DNA of 64,000 nt from an uncultured Methanomicrobiaceae archaeon. GTDB taxonomy: Archaea > Halobacteriota > Methanomicrobia > Methanomicrobiales > Methanoculleaceae. The stretch is taken from the NCBI GenBank assembly GCA_963826525.1, contig CAWGXH010000003.1, forward strand, positions 448,001 through 512,000, given 5' to 3'. The translations under genes and the position numbers were made by a program. Below are positions 51,103 to 61,786 of the stretch, one piece after another. Every line of letters starts with the position of its first letter. Position 1 is the first letter of the stretch. The notes under the pieces were generated by a model. That model saw nothing but the letters and a program-made list of their open reading frames with translations. It did not search any database and was not told the DNA's origin.

Positions 51103-51406
51103 TTCTCGCATTTCACTTCCGGGATGTTGCTATTACAAAAAATGCCCCCCGCATTCGGGCTCAGTGTCCTGGTAGCGGGGCTCCTCAGTTCCTACTGGCA
51201 AATACGGCTCCGGCAGTCTCCAATCAGCCCGATACCCAGGATACCGATCATCGCGGCGACTCCGGACTCAATGATATGTAAAAACAGAAGGGCAGCCGCC
51301 GCCAATGCGATACACAACCCAACAATAAACAGGAATAGTCCAAGTACAGTTTTGTTCATGTGTGTAACTTCTCAAATTCATTAAACGTCTTTTATCATTT
51401 AAAGGC
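51103..51406 (+). repeat. ~300-bp direct repeat, copy 2, containing a probably frameshifted copy of the small membrane gene (minus strand, ATG 51359)
   Basis: Aligns by eye with 44181..44484. Confidence 0.88.
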
Positions 51407-51659
51407 AACTGATTCCGCCTAAACAGTGAACATGTTTACGCCGGCCGGGATTTTCTCGTTCGACTATGTTTTTTAAAAAATTGCACCGTTCTCCAGGAAA
51501 GAGGCGGGGTTATAGGGTAGTGCCCTAGAATGTAACTGAAAATATATTTCAGAGAATCTGGCCGAATCGCGTTGAGCAATAACCTGCGTTCATAATAAAA
51601 ACTCGCACAGTGAGAGTGTTTCCATTATCAGTTGTTTCTTGGGGTACTACCCTGAGTTC

Positions 51660-52337
51660 TCACTGCTCTTCCTTCTTCAATGGACGTTTGAGGGTTCGTC
51701 CATAGAGCAGGGGTTGGAGGATGAAGTAGATCGCTACGGCAATGTAAATCGCGATTGCCACCTGGGGTAGGATCAGCGCGAGCAGCACGCCGATTCCGTC
51801 GAGAAAGATGCCGTATCGCCGCTGGTGCTCCAGGACCCGGAGATCCTCTTCTGCAAGACGGTCGATGAGCAATGTCGGGCGCCGGGCAAGGTAGCGCATG
51901 ATCCGATCCAGCATGAATGACGCGAGAAACAGATCCAGTCCGTAAATGACCACCGACAGCCGGGAACCAGGTCCGACGAGATGCGTGGCCATCAGGCTCG
52001 TAGAGAACGGGAGCAGGGAGACGAAGAAGAGCATCACGAGCGTCATCCGGAACGTGACATGGTCTTCCTGTTCCGTCAGTCGGGTGATAGACGAGTGCGT
52101 GATCCAGAACCCGCCGATAAATACGAAACTGACGACGTAGGCGAGGAAGTAGGGCCACTCTCCCAGGAGTGCCAACAGCAGGTCTTCGGTAGCTTCCGGC
52201 ACGGGGAGTTCGAGGACAAGCAGCGTGATGACGATCGCGAAGACGCCGTCGGCGAATGCGCTCAGCCGATCGGCGGGGAGAAAATCGAACAGGTGGTTTC
52301 GACCGGATCTCTTCGGGCTATCATCAGGGGCAGCCAT
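51660..52337 (-). CDS. TMEM175-family (DUF1211) potassium channel
   Basis: RLSAFADGVFAIVITLLVLEL, AYVVSF..IG.FW..H, LLPFST. Confidence 0.88.
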   Translation of the reverse strand: MAAPDDSPKRSGRNHLFDFLPADRLSAFADGVFAIVITLLVLELPVPEATEDLLLALLGEWPYFLAYVVSFVFIGGFWITHSSITRLTEQEDHVTFRMTLVMLFFVSLLPFSTSLMATHLVGPGSRLSVVIYGLDLFLASFMLDRIMRYLARRPTLLIDRLAEEDLRVLEHQRRYGIFLDGIGVLLALILPQVAIAIYIAVAIYFILQPLLYGRTLKRPLKKEEQ

Positions 52338-52762
52338 TATCTCTCACCTCCACTTCGGCATGATGCGAAGAAGAGATAAAAAAGGGTTTGGGTGGTCGCC
52401 CCTCGAGAAAGTCGATCTGGAAGAGAGCGGTGAAGCCCTGACGCCCGACTTCTCGGCTGCTCTGCTCCTGCTCCAAGACAACCTCCGCCGGGAATGTCGT
52501 CACCAGCATGAGCGGCAACCATGCCACGATGGTAACGTTCGCACTGGGCGATGGTAGTTGGGATTCGTGACGGTCTTTGCCTGACTCTGTCGATTATGCG
52601 CTATATTTACGCTCTGATGAACCGTTTTGAGGAGGAGTCGTCTTGTTTTGAAGTAGCTATTTATAGCCCTGAGAGTATTACCACGCATCGTCAAAGTTCC
52701 GCACCATTGCCGCCAGTTGTTTCGGAAATGCGGAGAAGATCGGGAATTGACAGGAGCCGGAT

Positions 52763-54001
52763 ATGCTTCCGCTAGAGAAACTGTGGTATCGAAAACTTCT
52801 CCTTCTTGCACTCGCGCTCGGTGCGGCTGGCGGTCTGTGGGCTCTCCTCTTCATGGGAACTATCAATACGGGTACCGGCTTTTTCTTCGGCGACTCCGGC
52901 ACCGGCTGGTGGACCGGCAGGTGGTGGTGGATACCCTTAACAGCCCTTGGGGGGCTTATGGTTGCCGTGCTCCGCAAAATCTGGAAGATCTCCCCAGAGG
53001 TTCCGGGAGCAACAGCACTCGCTCAGCAGGCGTGGATCGATACGGGAACGGCACCGTACTGGGTTGCCGTATCGGTAGTTTCGCTCATTACCGGCGCAAG
53101 TCTGGGTCCGTCGTTCGGCCTCGTCGTGATGGCCGGCGGTTTTGGCTCATGGCTTGTGACCCGTCTCCGGATACCGGATGAAGAAGCAAAACAGGAGTAT
53201 ACGTTAACCGGTATGGCGAGTGGACTCGGGGGTGCCTTTGCCGCTCCCCTGCTTGCGACAGTTCTGGCCTCTGAACTCTCACCGACTCCGAAGCGGAACT
53301 ATCTGGCCGCATTCGTCCCCGAACTTTTTGGAGCAACCATCGGATTTATCATTTTCTTTGGCGTGACAGGGAGTGCGATACTGGGTTCCTATCCCCTTCC
53401 GGTTTTCGAGTTCCAGTATGTTCATCTGCTGACAGGAGTGCTGCTCGGCGTTCTGTCCGCATTCGTAATGATGGTATTCGTCCTCATCAGCAAGCTGGTC
53501 TCTGCCGCAGTCGAACGGATCTCCAACCCTCTTGTGCGTGGCAGCATCGGCGGTGCATTCGTCGGCCTCATCGCATATGCGCTCCCCCTCACGGCGACCG
53601 GCGGCAGCAGCCAGCTTGCCACGGAACTTCAGATCTCTGCCGCACTCGGGGCCGGTTTTATTGCCGCCGTCCTGATCGCCAAGATGTTCGCAGTTGCGCT
53701 GAGTCAGTCGAGCGGTTTTCTGGGTGGTTTGGTCTTCCCCATGATCTTTATGGGGGGAACAGCGGGGCTCCTGGTACACACCGTATTCCCTGATATCCCG
53801 GTTGCACTGTCTGTTGGAGCTATGCTGGCGGCAGTGCCCGGTGCTTACTTAACCGCACCGGTTGCCATGATCCTGATAGCGTTCGGTACGGTTGGCATAA
53901 GTCCGGAGGCGATGGTTCCGGTTGGCATTGCCGTTGTTACGGCACAGATCACGGCATCTCTCTTTCGGGCCTTTGTGATACAAGAGCAGAAGCCCGAATA
54001 G
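52763..54001 (+). CDS. ClC chloride channel-family protein (YfeO-like)
   Basis: GASLGP, GMA.GLGGAF.APL....ASE, AK..A.AL...SGF.GG.VFP.IF.G. Confidence 0.82.
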   Translation: MLPLEKLWYRKLLLLALALGAAGGLWALLFMGTINTGTGFFFGDSGTGWWTGRWWWIPLTALGGLMVAVLRKIWKISPEVPGATALAQQAWIDTGTAPYWVAVSVVSLITGASLGPSFGLVVMAGGFGSWLVTRLRIPDEEAKQEYTLTGMASGLGGAFAAPLLATVLASELSPTPKRNYLAAFVPELFGATIGFIIFFGVTGSAILGSYPLPVFEFQYVHLLTGVLLGVLSAFVMMVFVLISKLVSAAVERISNPLVRGSIGGAFVGLIAYALPLTATGGSSQLATELQISAALGAGFIAAVLIAKMFAVALSQSSGFLGGLVFPMIFMGGTAGLLVHTVFPDIPVALSVGAMLAAVPGAYLTAPVAMILIAFGTVGISPEAMVPVGIAVVTAQITASLFRAFVIQEQKPE

Positions 54002-54059
54002 CAGGCTCAATAATTGTCTGGAGCGATCCCCGGTCATCGGAAACCGGGTACGTTTTTGC

Positions 54060-54340
54060 CGTGGCCACGGGCAGACTCTCGCTGCCGTCTCCCGAGCTCC
54101 CCGCCGACGAAGATCGGCGGCACGAGACCAATCAGCGCTGCGACGAGGATCATCACCATGCCGTCCTGGCCGGTGAAGGTAAGGGCGGTAATCGCCAGCA
54201 CCGCCGAGATAGATCCCGCGTTTGAGCATGCAGAGCAGGATGCAGAAGCCGTTGACGATCCTGACGCCCTGCTCGGAGAGGACTCCTTTGAGGAAGATGG
54301 CGGCCGTATGCCCGGCGGCCAGTGTCAGGAGGCCGAGACA
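54060..54340 (-). pseudogene. Degenerate BASS transporter C-terminus
   Basis: Reframed ...SAVLAITALTFTGQDGMVMILVAALIGLVPPIFVGGELGRR resembles RNLAAAFAVASSNF...LFVAGELGRR of 42801..43685. Confidence 0.45.
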
Positions 54341-54667
54341 CGATATAGAGAAGCCGGAATAGGTGCTCTGCATCTTCCAGTACGCAGCAAGCGGTATCGC
54401 AAGGAACACCTCCACGACATTCCAGCACCGGTCCGTCATATCGAGAGCCTTTCGCAGTGAACGGAATCCGTGGCCGGATCATGTCTGTACAGGACACCAT
54501 AGAGGAGACGCATCCCGGTCTAACCCCCTGGAGTGAACTGTCTGATCCAGAGAGGGAAGAAGATCGAAACGAGTCCTGACCATCCCCTGGATGGACCTGA
54601 AGATTATTCAGTCATACTATCTATCGGTGTATTCGTCCTCTTTGCCGCGGATTGCCGTATTTCGGCA

Positions 54668-54895
54668 TTATCTCCTGAAGATGCGGCAGTTGTAGTACAG
54701 GTGTAGCACCAGCACGATCAGGAATGGGCCCCAGAGAAGAAAGTGGATCTGCTGGGAGAGCGCCTTATCGAGGAGCCCAAACGTCAGGGGCCGCACCAGC
54801 CCCGGCTGCGTGATCCCGAAGCCGCTGATCAGGAAGAGGAGCGTAAGTCCGAGGAGGGTCCAGGAGACCAGTTTTCGATAGGTGAACCGCACCAT
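54668..54895 (-). CDS. Small 2-TM protein with two His (DUF4405/cytochrome b-like)
   Basis: LLFLISGFG...QIHFLL...LVLHL; directly downstream of the Mo-oxidoreductase. Confidence 0.65.
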   Translation of the reverse strand: MVRFTYRKLVSWTLLGLTLLFLISGFGITQPGLVRPLTFGLLDKALSQQIHFLLWGPFLIVLVLHLYYNCRIFRR

Positions 54896-54907
54896 CCTTC
54901 TTCCTCC

Positions 54908-55595
54908 CTATCCCCGGTCGAAGAAGGATCGGTCAATGCTCCCGTTGTTCGCATACCCCCGGCTCTCCCAGTAGCCGCGGTAGTTCTCATCGTCGGATAC
55001 CTCGATCCGGGTCACCCATTTCACCCACTTATAGCCCCAGCGATCCTCGGCCACCAGCTGGAAGGGGAATCCCCGCTCAGCCGGCAGGGTGACGTTGTTT
55101 ATGGCATAGGCCAGCAGGATGTCCCGGTCCTCGATGTAGGCAAGGGGAAGTGAGGAGGAGTAGCCGTCCGCCGCGTAGAAGATGACCGTACTTGCTCCCG
55201 GCTTCACCCCCGCCTCCTGCAGGAGATCCTTAACTCTCAGTCCCTCCCAGAGGATGGTGACATCCCAGCCTTCCACGCAGTAGAGGGTAACAACCTTGCG
55301 GTAGTGAGGGAACCGCTCCAGGAGCGCATCGTAGGAGTATACCTTTCTGCTCGCCACCTGTCCGTCGATGGTGAGCGTGTAGGTGCTCGCATTCACGTAC
55401 TGCGGGCCATGGATCGAGTTCTCACGAAAATCCGCAATCGAGGAGAGCTGCTCCCCCTGGTCACTCCCGCACCTCTGCAGGTGCAAGCTCCGTCACTTCC
55501 GATCTGCTCTCCACCAGGTCGAGGGCGTAGAGAACGGTGATGGCGCCGATCAGCACTATGACTATGATCAGGCCCGTGCGGCGTCCAATGCGCAT
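54908..55595 (-). CDS. Sulfite-oxidase-family molybdopterin oxidoreductase (MsrP/YuiH-like), membrane anchored (frameshift ~55480)
   Basis: L.IDG.V, TLYCVEGW (Mo-binding Cys), WEG, DGYSSSLPL, LAY..N...LP..RGFP..LV, GYKWVKWV..I, GYWE.RGY. Confidence 0.88.
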
Positions 55596-55689
55596 GAAGG
55601 TTCCTCCATCTGATTCCTATAACCGCTGAAGTGTGGCACCCGGTCCATATAAATACACTGCAGCTCCCCCGGGGAGGAGATCCGCAGGC

Positions 55690-56081
55690 CGATCGCGCAG
55701 CGGCAGGACGATCGGCACGTATGCGATTGTCACCACCATCAGGAGCACCATCAGCCCTACGGCAAAGGCGATGTCCCCCTTCGCCACCTGCGCGAGTTTC
55801 GGCAGGAACGGGGCTCCTGCGGCAGTCCCGAGGATGAACAGGCCGATGGAGAGCCCTTCGGAGAGCGGGAAGATCAGCAGGAGAACGAGCGTAAGCAGCG
55901 GTACCAGGACAAAGTTTGCTGCCAGGGAGAGGATCACCAGCCGTATATTCTTCAGCGGTTCGATGATCTGCTGCACGGTCAGGGCGAATCCCATACCGAG
56001 CATGCTCGAGAGCACGAAGATCACTGCCGCAAGAACGCCGATCGTCTCGAGGAAGTCCAGAAACGATACGGTTGTTACCAT
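55690..56081 (-). pseudogene. Truncated BASS transporter N-terminal half
   Basis: Near-identical to the first ~125 aa of 42801..43685, ending after YVPIVLPL. Confidence 0.75.
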
Positions 56082-56204
56082 ACCGTCACTCTATCCGCCG
56101 GATCGGCATACGCCAGTCAACTGCTGAACTGATCTCATGCTCCCCGATCTTACCGTTCATTCAAACATTTTCCCCGGGATCTCTCTTGCGGATGGTAGGC
56201 CCGA

Positions 56205-56874
56205 TCACCAGGGGTCAAAGTTGCAGACGTTGTCGATACAGCCCTGGTACATGTTCGCCAGGTCGTCGGCGACGATGTGGGCGAGACCGGTTGTATCGAT
56301 GACCAGGTTCCGCTCGAGGGTCTTCGACTTGAACTCCCACCCCTCGCCCGGCTTCAGCCGCTGGTCGAGGTTCGGGAGATCCGCCTCGGTCAGGGTGCGG
56401 TCGACGTGGTTCGTATACGTCTGCATGACAAAGGTATGCCCGTCCGGTGAGCGGAGCATGAAGACCGGCCTGCCCGCCAGGGTACTCGTATGTGGTGACG
56501 CGGCGGATCTGCGTCGGCTTGTAGGCGATCGCGGCCTGCCCCACCTCCGGGGTGAAGGCGGGAGGCATCTGCATCCTGGCCACGAAGTTGAACACGAGGC
56601 CTTTGAAATCACGGGGTTCGCCGGCCAGGAGAAACGTCAGATGGTCCATCATCCAGAAGCGCCGTGGATTCTTCCAGACGAGATCCACCTGCGCCTCCTT
56701 CGCCAGCTCTTCAGCGTCCATGGGGTCGTACTTCTCGGGCGGGCAGGTGTTCAGTCCCGTCGTGTTGTAGACCAGCGCTTCCCACTTTCCCAGTTCGCCT
56801 TTCAGCAGGAATAATTCGCACTGGGGAGAGTTGCGGGCATCCTCGATGTAAAGAGTCTTTCCAGTCTCGATCAT
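56205..56874 (-). CDS. Conserved hypothetical protein (frameshift ~56480); paralog of 58765..59557
   Basis: R...CE.....YNTTGLN.CP...D.E.LAK.....V..NP.R.W.MD...PVF.L....G.T.V...Y....D.TLT..DLPNLD.RLK...GW....L.R.L. Confidence 0.7.
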
Positions 56875-57299
56875 AGTCTTCCTCCTTGGGTAGCCAGGGT
56901 GGTTTAAGATCAGGCCACTCCAGAGATATCACCGGTAATAAACCTTCCCTGCCTTCAGCGCGGTCGCGTCTCATCCGTCGCCTTCGTTCTGCACTACGGA
57001 CGAAAGGCCGTCAGGAACGACGTCTTCGGCGCGGGCAGCCTGAAACAGTTGCACGTGAATGTATTACATTCCTGAGAAAAGTGAACGATTACATTGGTCC
57101 CCTTTTGGTCTGAGAGCCCTGCATTTTCCCCTTCATCCTGCTGGCGGGCTTCCGGAGCGTGGGTAATGGTTTCGCACATCACTACCCCCATCGCGTCCAT
57201 AAAGCCCTTCGTGGGTGCGACCGCGAAGCAGTTACTTTTTTGTGGCATACTTGTCCATGAGGACGATCATCTAATACAAACCTGAAGGGGTGCTTGCTC

Positions 57300-58499
57300 A
57301 TGGAAACCAGAGATGGTAAAGGTATGAAATCGATCGATCCCGGGTCCAGGTCCCTGCCGGTGCCGGCATTTGCGGGCGGAACGAAGGCGATCACCATGAC
57401 TCCGGTTGTGGGCACGCCGCGACGGGAGTACGCCGGGATGTTCATCCCCGGTGACGAGCAGCTGGAGGACGGCGAGATGCGAGTGACGGTGCTCGGTAGC
57501 GGCAACCCCTGGGTGACGCGTGGCCAGGCCTCGGCCGGCATCCTCGTCGAAGTCGGGAACGCCGAGCGCGACCTCCTGGTCTTCGACCTCGGCAGCGGCT
57601 CCCTCGCGAACTTTGCGAGTCTGAAGCTGCCGGTCAACAAGCTCAACAAGGTGTTCCTGACTCATCTGCACGCCGACCACATGGGCGACCTCATCACGCT
57701 CTCCGGGAGCTTCTCAAAGATAGGCCGGGCGGACGGACCGATCTACGTATGGGGGCCCAGCGGGACCGAGCCTCGCCTGGGCACGCGGCACTTCGTCGAA
57801 TCGATCGAGGAAGCGCTTGCGTGGGACACCGAAGCCGGGCGCGGCGCCATAAATCCGGACAGCATGAGGATCGTGGTGTCCGAGTTCGACTTCAGCCGGA
57901 CCCAGGTGGTCTACGAGGAGAACGGCGTGAAGGTGACGTCGTTTCCCGTCGTCCACGCGCTCAACGGCGCTGTCGGCTATCGCATCGATTTCGCCGACCT
58001 GTCGCTCGTTTATTCGGGAGATACTCGAGCGTGCTGGCCACTCGTGCGTGCATGCAACGGCGGCGTCGACCTGCTCATTCACGAGTGCTTCCCACCGGCG
58101 GCGGCACTCGCTGCCGCTTCGGGCCTCTCCATTGAGCGGGCGACGATGGCGCTCAATGCCGCCCACACCTCGCCGCAGGCCGCCGGCAAGGTGTTCGGAC
58201 TCGTGAGGCCGCGCATGGCCGGCCTCTGGCATACGCTCCTCCTGCCCCGGGTCATCCCCCTGGTCTTCTCGGAGCTTGGTGCGGCGTATGACGGCCCCGT
58301 TGTCCAGACCCAGGATCTGACGGTATTCAACGTGACGAAAGAAGCTGTGGTCGCTCGCCAGGCAAAGGTGGTGGATCAGTTGCCGCCGATCCCGGGTGAG
58401 CAGCGTGTCGCCTACACGCCCTTCGAGCCGACGCCACCCGCCTGGTGGGCGGAGGCACTCATCCCGCTCGACGACGTTCCAGCATCCCGCCGTACGTGA
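57300..58499 (+). CDS. MBL-fold metallo-hydrolase (RNase Z/arylsulfatase-like)
   Basis: VTVLGSG.P, FDLGSG, FLTHLHADH.GD, H...GAVGYR, YSGDT, DLLIHE, HTSP. Confidence 0.88.
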   Translation: METRDGKGMKSIDPGSRSLPVPAFAGGTKAITMTPVVGTPRREYAGMFIPGDEQLEDGEMRVTVLGSGNPWVTRGQASAGILVEVGNAERDLLVFDLGSGSLANFASLKLPVNKLNKVFLTHLHADHMGDLITLSGSFSKIGRADGPIYVWGPSGTEPRLGTRHFVESIEEALAWDTEAGRGAINPDSMRIVVSEFDFSRTQVVYEENGVKVTSFPVVHALNGAVGYRIDFADLSLVYSGDTRACWPLVRACNGGVDLLIHECFPPAAALAAASGLSIERATMALNAAHTSPQAAGKVFGLVRPRMAGLWHTLLLPRVIPLVFSELGAAYDGPVVQTQDLTVFNVTKEAVVARQAKVVDQLPPIPGEQRVAYTPFEPTPPAWWAEALIPLDDVPASRRT

Positions 58500-58764
58500 C
58501 GCATGAGGAGATCCCTGGGGGAAGATCCGAAGGTACGGTAGAATCGGTACACTACAAACACGATGAATTCCGCGGCCGTCAGGGAGAAGATCCCGGGCTA
58601 ATCCCACCATGTTTCTGTAAGATGCTGCCAATCCATCAAATTACCGGAGGGCTCGAAGGTGTTCCTTCGACGCCTGCCGATTCGCCGTGGTCTGCCGGTT
58701 CTTCGTGGGATCCGGAAAAGAGAGAAATGTCCCGGGGAACCTCTCTTTCGGATGAAGATCCCGT

Positions 58765-59557
58765 CTACGGCATGTAATTGACCGTGCCGGGATCCAGCGC
58801 GTCCCAGGAACCGCCCAGTTCGTCCCACATGATCCGCGCCGATCCGCCGACGGGCGTCAGGGTAAGATCCCGATCCAGGGTCTCTGGTTCGGAGTTTCCA
58901 GCCTGCAGGCAGACTCTTGAGCCGCTTGTCCAGGTTCGGGAGATCCGCATAGGTCAGGGTCGGGTCCATGGCGGTTGTGTAGTTCTTATAGACCCAGGTT
59001 GTCCCCTCGGCGTCCTCCAGCAGAAAGACGGGCTTGTCTTTCTCAAAGGTGATGATTGAACTGCGCTTAAAAAACTTCGACGTGTACTGGACCTTCGTGG
59101 GATCGAGGACCTGGGGCTTGCCCGTGGGTAATGGCTCCAGTTCACCCCAGTAATGCGCCTTGAGGCCGTTGAAATCGCGCATGGTTGTCGACGCAGGTAT
59201 TTCGAGTCTGTCTATCAGCCAGTATCTGCGTCCTATGGGGGGGTTTAAGGAAGCGCTCTCCACCTGGTACTGTTTCGCCAGCGCCTCTTTATCGAGGCCC
59301 TTGTAGAGGGTTTCGGGGCATGAGTCTCCCGGGTCGTTCAGCCCGGTCGTGCCGTACGTCCCGCCCGGACCGCACCATAGTATCACTTCGCAGAGGCTCA
59401 CGTTCCGCAGGTTCGAAAATGTCTGCATGACCATTGTGGCCTTGTCCTGCACGTTCATCTCGCAGCCGGAGATCGGGCTTGTGGCCGCAGGGGTGACCAT
59501 AAAGGTCTGCGCTGCGCCCGTCCGACCTGGTGTGGGTTCATCGGTTGTTTTCTTCAT
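58765..59557 (-). CDS. Conserved hypothetical protein (frameshift ~58880); paralog of 56205..56874
   Basis: Shared motifs as above; GGAGG RBS before ATG 59557. Confidence 0.7.
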
Positions 59558-59701
59558 CAAATAACCTCCGTTAACGGTTGCGGGAAATATATGAAAGACG
59601 ATAATAACGTATCCCTCTCCACCCTGACCTGCACGTGTCGTGGTTATGCCATCTGTACGGGTAAGAAGGGTTGGACGTGAAATGTACAGCGACATACATC
59701 G

Positions 59702-61585
59702 TCAATCGACCCTCCGTATCGGCGGACACTCCCACGTCGCATCCACGACTTCCTGGTGCGGGACATACAGGCGCAGAATGGGGAACCATGCGCCGCTGCC
59801 GGTCGGCAGCCAGTTCGACTCTTTATCCGCTCCGGGTGATTCGTCCTGGAAGTAGAAGGTCGTCCCGCCATCCGCATTCTTCCTGACGCCCGGCACCCGG
59901 TCACCGATGGAGTAGCGGTTGATCGGGTTTTTGATCAGGTTCATGTCGGTGCCATAGGCGGTCATCGACCAGAATGCATCGACGGGCGGTTCCGAGCCCC
60001 TGAGGAAAGTCACCTCGTACTTATGAGCGCCCGTGAGCGGTTCGCCCCTATCGTCCGTGAAGTTGATCAGGTAGACCGCTTCGGCCGGGTCGTTGGCGGC
60101 TATGCCGGCCAGAGACTGGCAGGCGGCCCGCAGGAGAAACTCATCGCCGAACCGGCCTTCGCTGGGTGGAGGGTAGCGCCAGCCGTTGACGACCGTCGCC
60201 CAGGACCCGGCCGCGAAATACTGCCGCAGCAGCAGCATGCCTGCGCCCGCCGCGCGCTGCAGCGCCTTCTTCACCGCATCCGGCTGCTGATCTACGTCCC
60301 GGTCAGGTCCGATGCCGATCGTCGCGAACTGCTTGAGCAGGATCTCGTGGTGCGCCGGGGCCGGGTTCTCGGCCAGCATGGCGTTGAGCGCTTTCCACGG
60401 GCCCATCGGATCCTCGGCCGCTGCTGCGGGCCTGTAGACGTCACGGCGTTCGGGCCGGGGAGCGTCGGACTGGCCCCAGAGGCTCAGCGGTGTCAGCCTG
60501 TACTGCGCCTGGAGGGCGTGAACGGCGGGCAGGTCATCGGCTCCGTTCACCAGGGTGCGGCCCAGGATCAACATCCAGGGCGTCGGGCAGGACGGCGTCA
60601 CCGCGGTCACGCCCTCGGGGAGATCGCCGCGCCAGTCGGGGCCGATGAGCGCATAGTGGCCTGCCGGTGGATCCGACGCGCTGGCCGACATAGGCGAAGT
60701 TGTCCGAGGTATACCCCACGAGCTGAAACGTCCAGTAGCGTTCCGGCGAGATCTCGGGAACGGTGAGGATCATCGGCTCCGCGCTCGAGCTCCACCCAGG
60801 CGATTGAGTACAGAGTATCGTTGTTCGGGCAGCCGCCGTCGCGGTAGGTGGCGTCGATCACCTCGGTGGCATGCCAGAACGTGTTGACCGGTGCATACGG
60901 AACATGCTTCGGGTCCTGGGATATATTCGTCCACTTGTAGCGGGTCTGCGCATTATAGACGTACGGGAAACCGTAGATGAACGCCTGCAATGCCAGTGAG
61001 TAGGCGTTCTCCGCTTGCCAGTCGAAGACCGCGGCCGCAACAGGCGCCGATGCCCGCGGAGCCGCACCTGCCTTCGCTTCGAGGTCGTTCGTACCCTCTG
61101 CCGCGCCGAGACCCGCGCCGATACGCTTCAGATCGTCGGCGGTCAGAATCCGGGCGCCTGCTCTCCGGATGCTGTCCTCGATCTCTCCGGCGGACTGCGG
61201 GTTGATGAAGAGGCCGACGGCCACCGCACCGGGGTTCAAAGCATGACCCAGGTGGGTCGCCCGGACATTCAGCTCCGCGGGGCTGCCAACCGGTTTGCCG
61301 GCGACGGCGGTCAGGTTCGCCGCAACACGTTCAGCTCAGCGCCGCGACGTCCACGCCCGAGGTCGAACCGATCTCGATGACGCTGACGCCAACCTCCCCC
61401 TGATCGTTCTTCGCGAGGACCAGGATATTGCTGACGTTGACCATCCGGAGCCGGGAACGAAGCCGCTCGATCGTCTCCAGTGCAGCGTCGGCCGCTGCCC
61501 TGCTCGCAAAGACCCCGGCCACCAGGTGCTGCTTTTCCGGGAGCGGCTCCGGTTTCGACACTCGCTTTTCCTGTTGTAATTCCAT
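59702..61585 (-). CDS. DUF1269-like + DUF1254 + DUF1214 fusion protein (frameshifts ~61335, ~60780, ~60660)
   Basis: AFIYGFP, PNNDTLYS.AW, RYWTFQL, GRTLV, ANDPAEAVY, PPVDAFWSMT.Y, NPINRYSIGDR, NWLP, LRLY.P across ORFs 61331..61594, 60607..61239, 60534..60773 and 59702..60691. Confidence 0.75.
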
Positions 61586-61786
61586 TGATCTCACCTCATA
61601 TGGCGTTACATAATGCCTGGATTGGGCTGCTTCAGTTGACGTGCCGCGCCTCTGGCTCTCTCCAGCTAGAGGTTGCCCGGGCCGACTTGGAGTACCGCCG
61701 GAAGCATACCCGCCAGTCAGGCATAGTATGGATGGAGACAGGATTCCCTGAATAAAAAATGAAAGCGGGCCAGTCTCGGCACCGAC

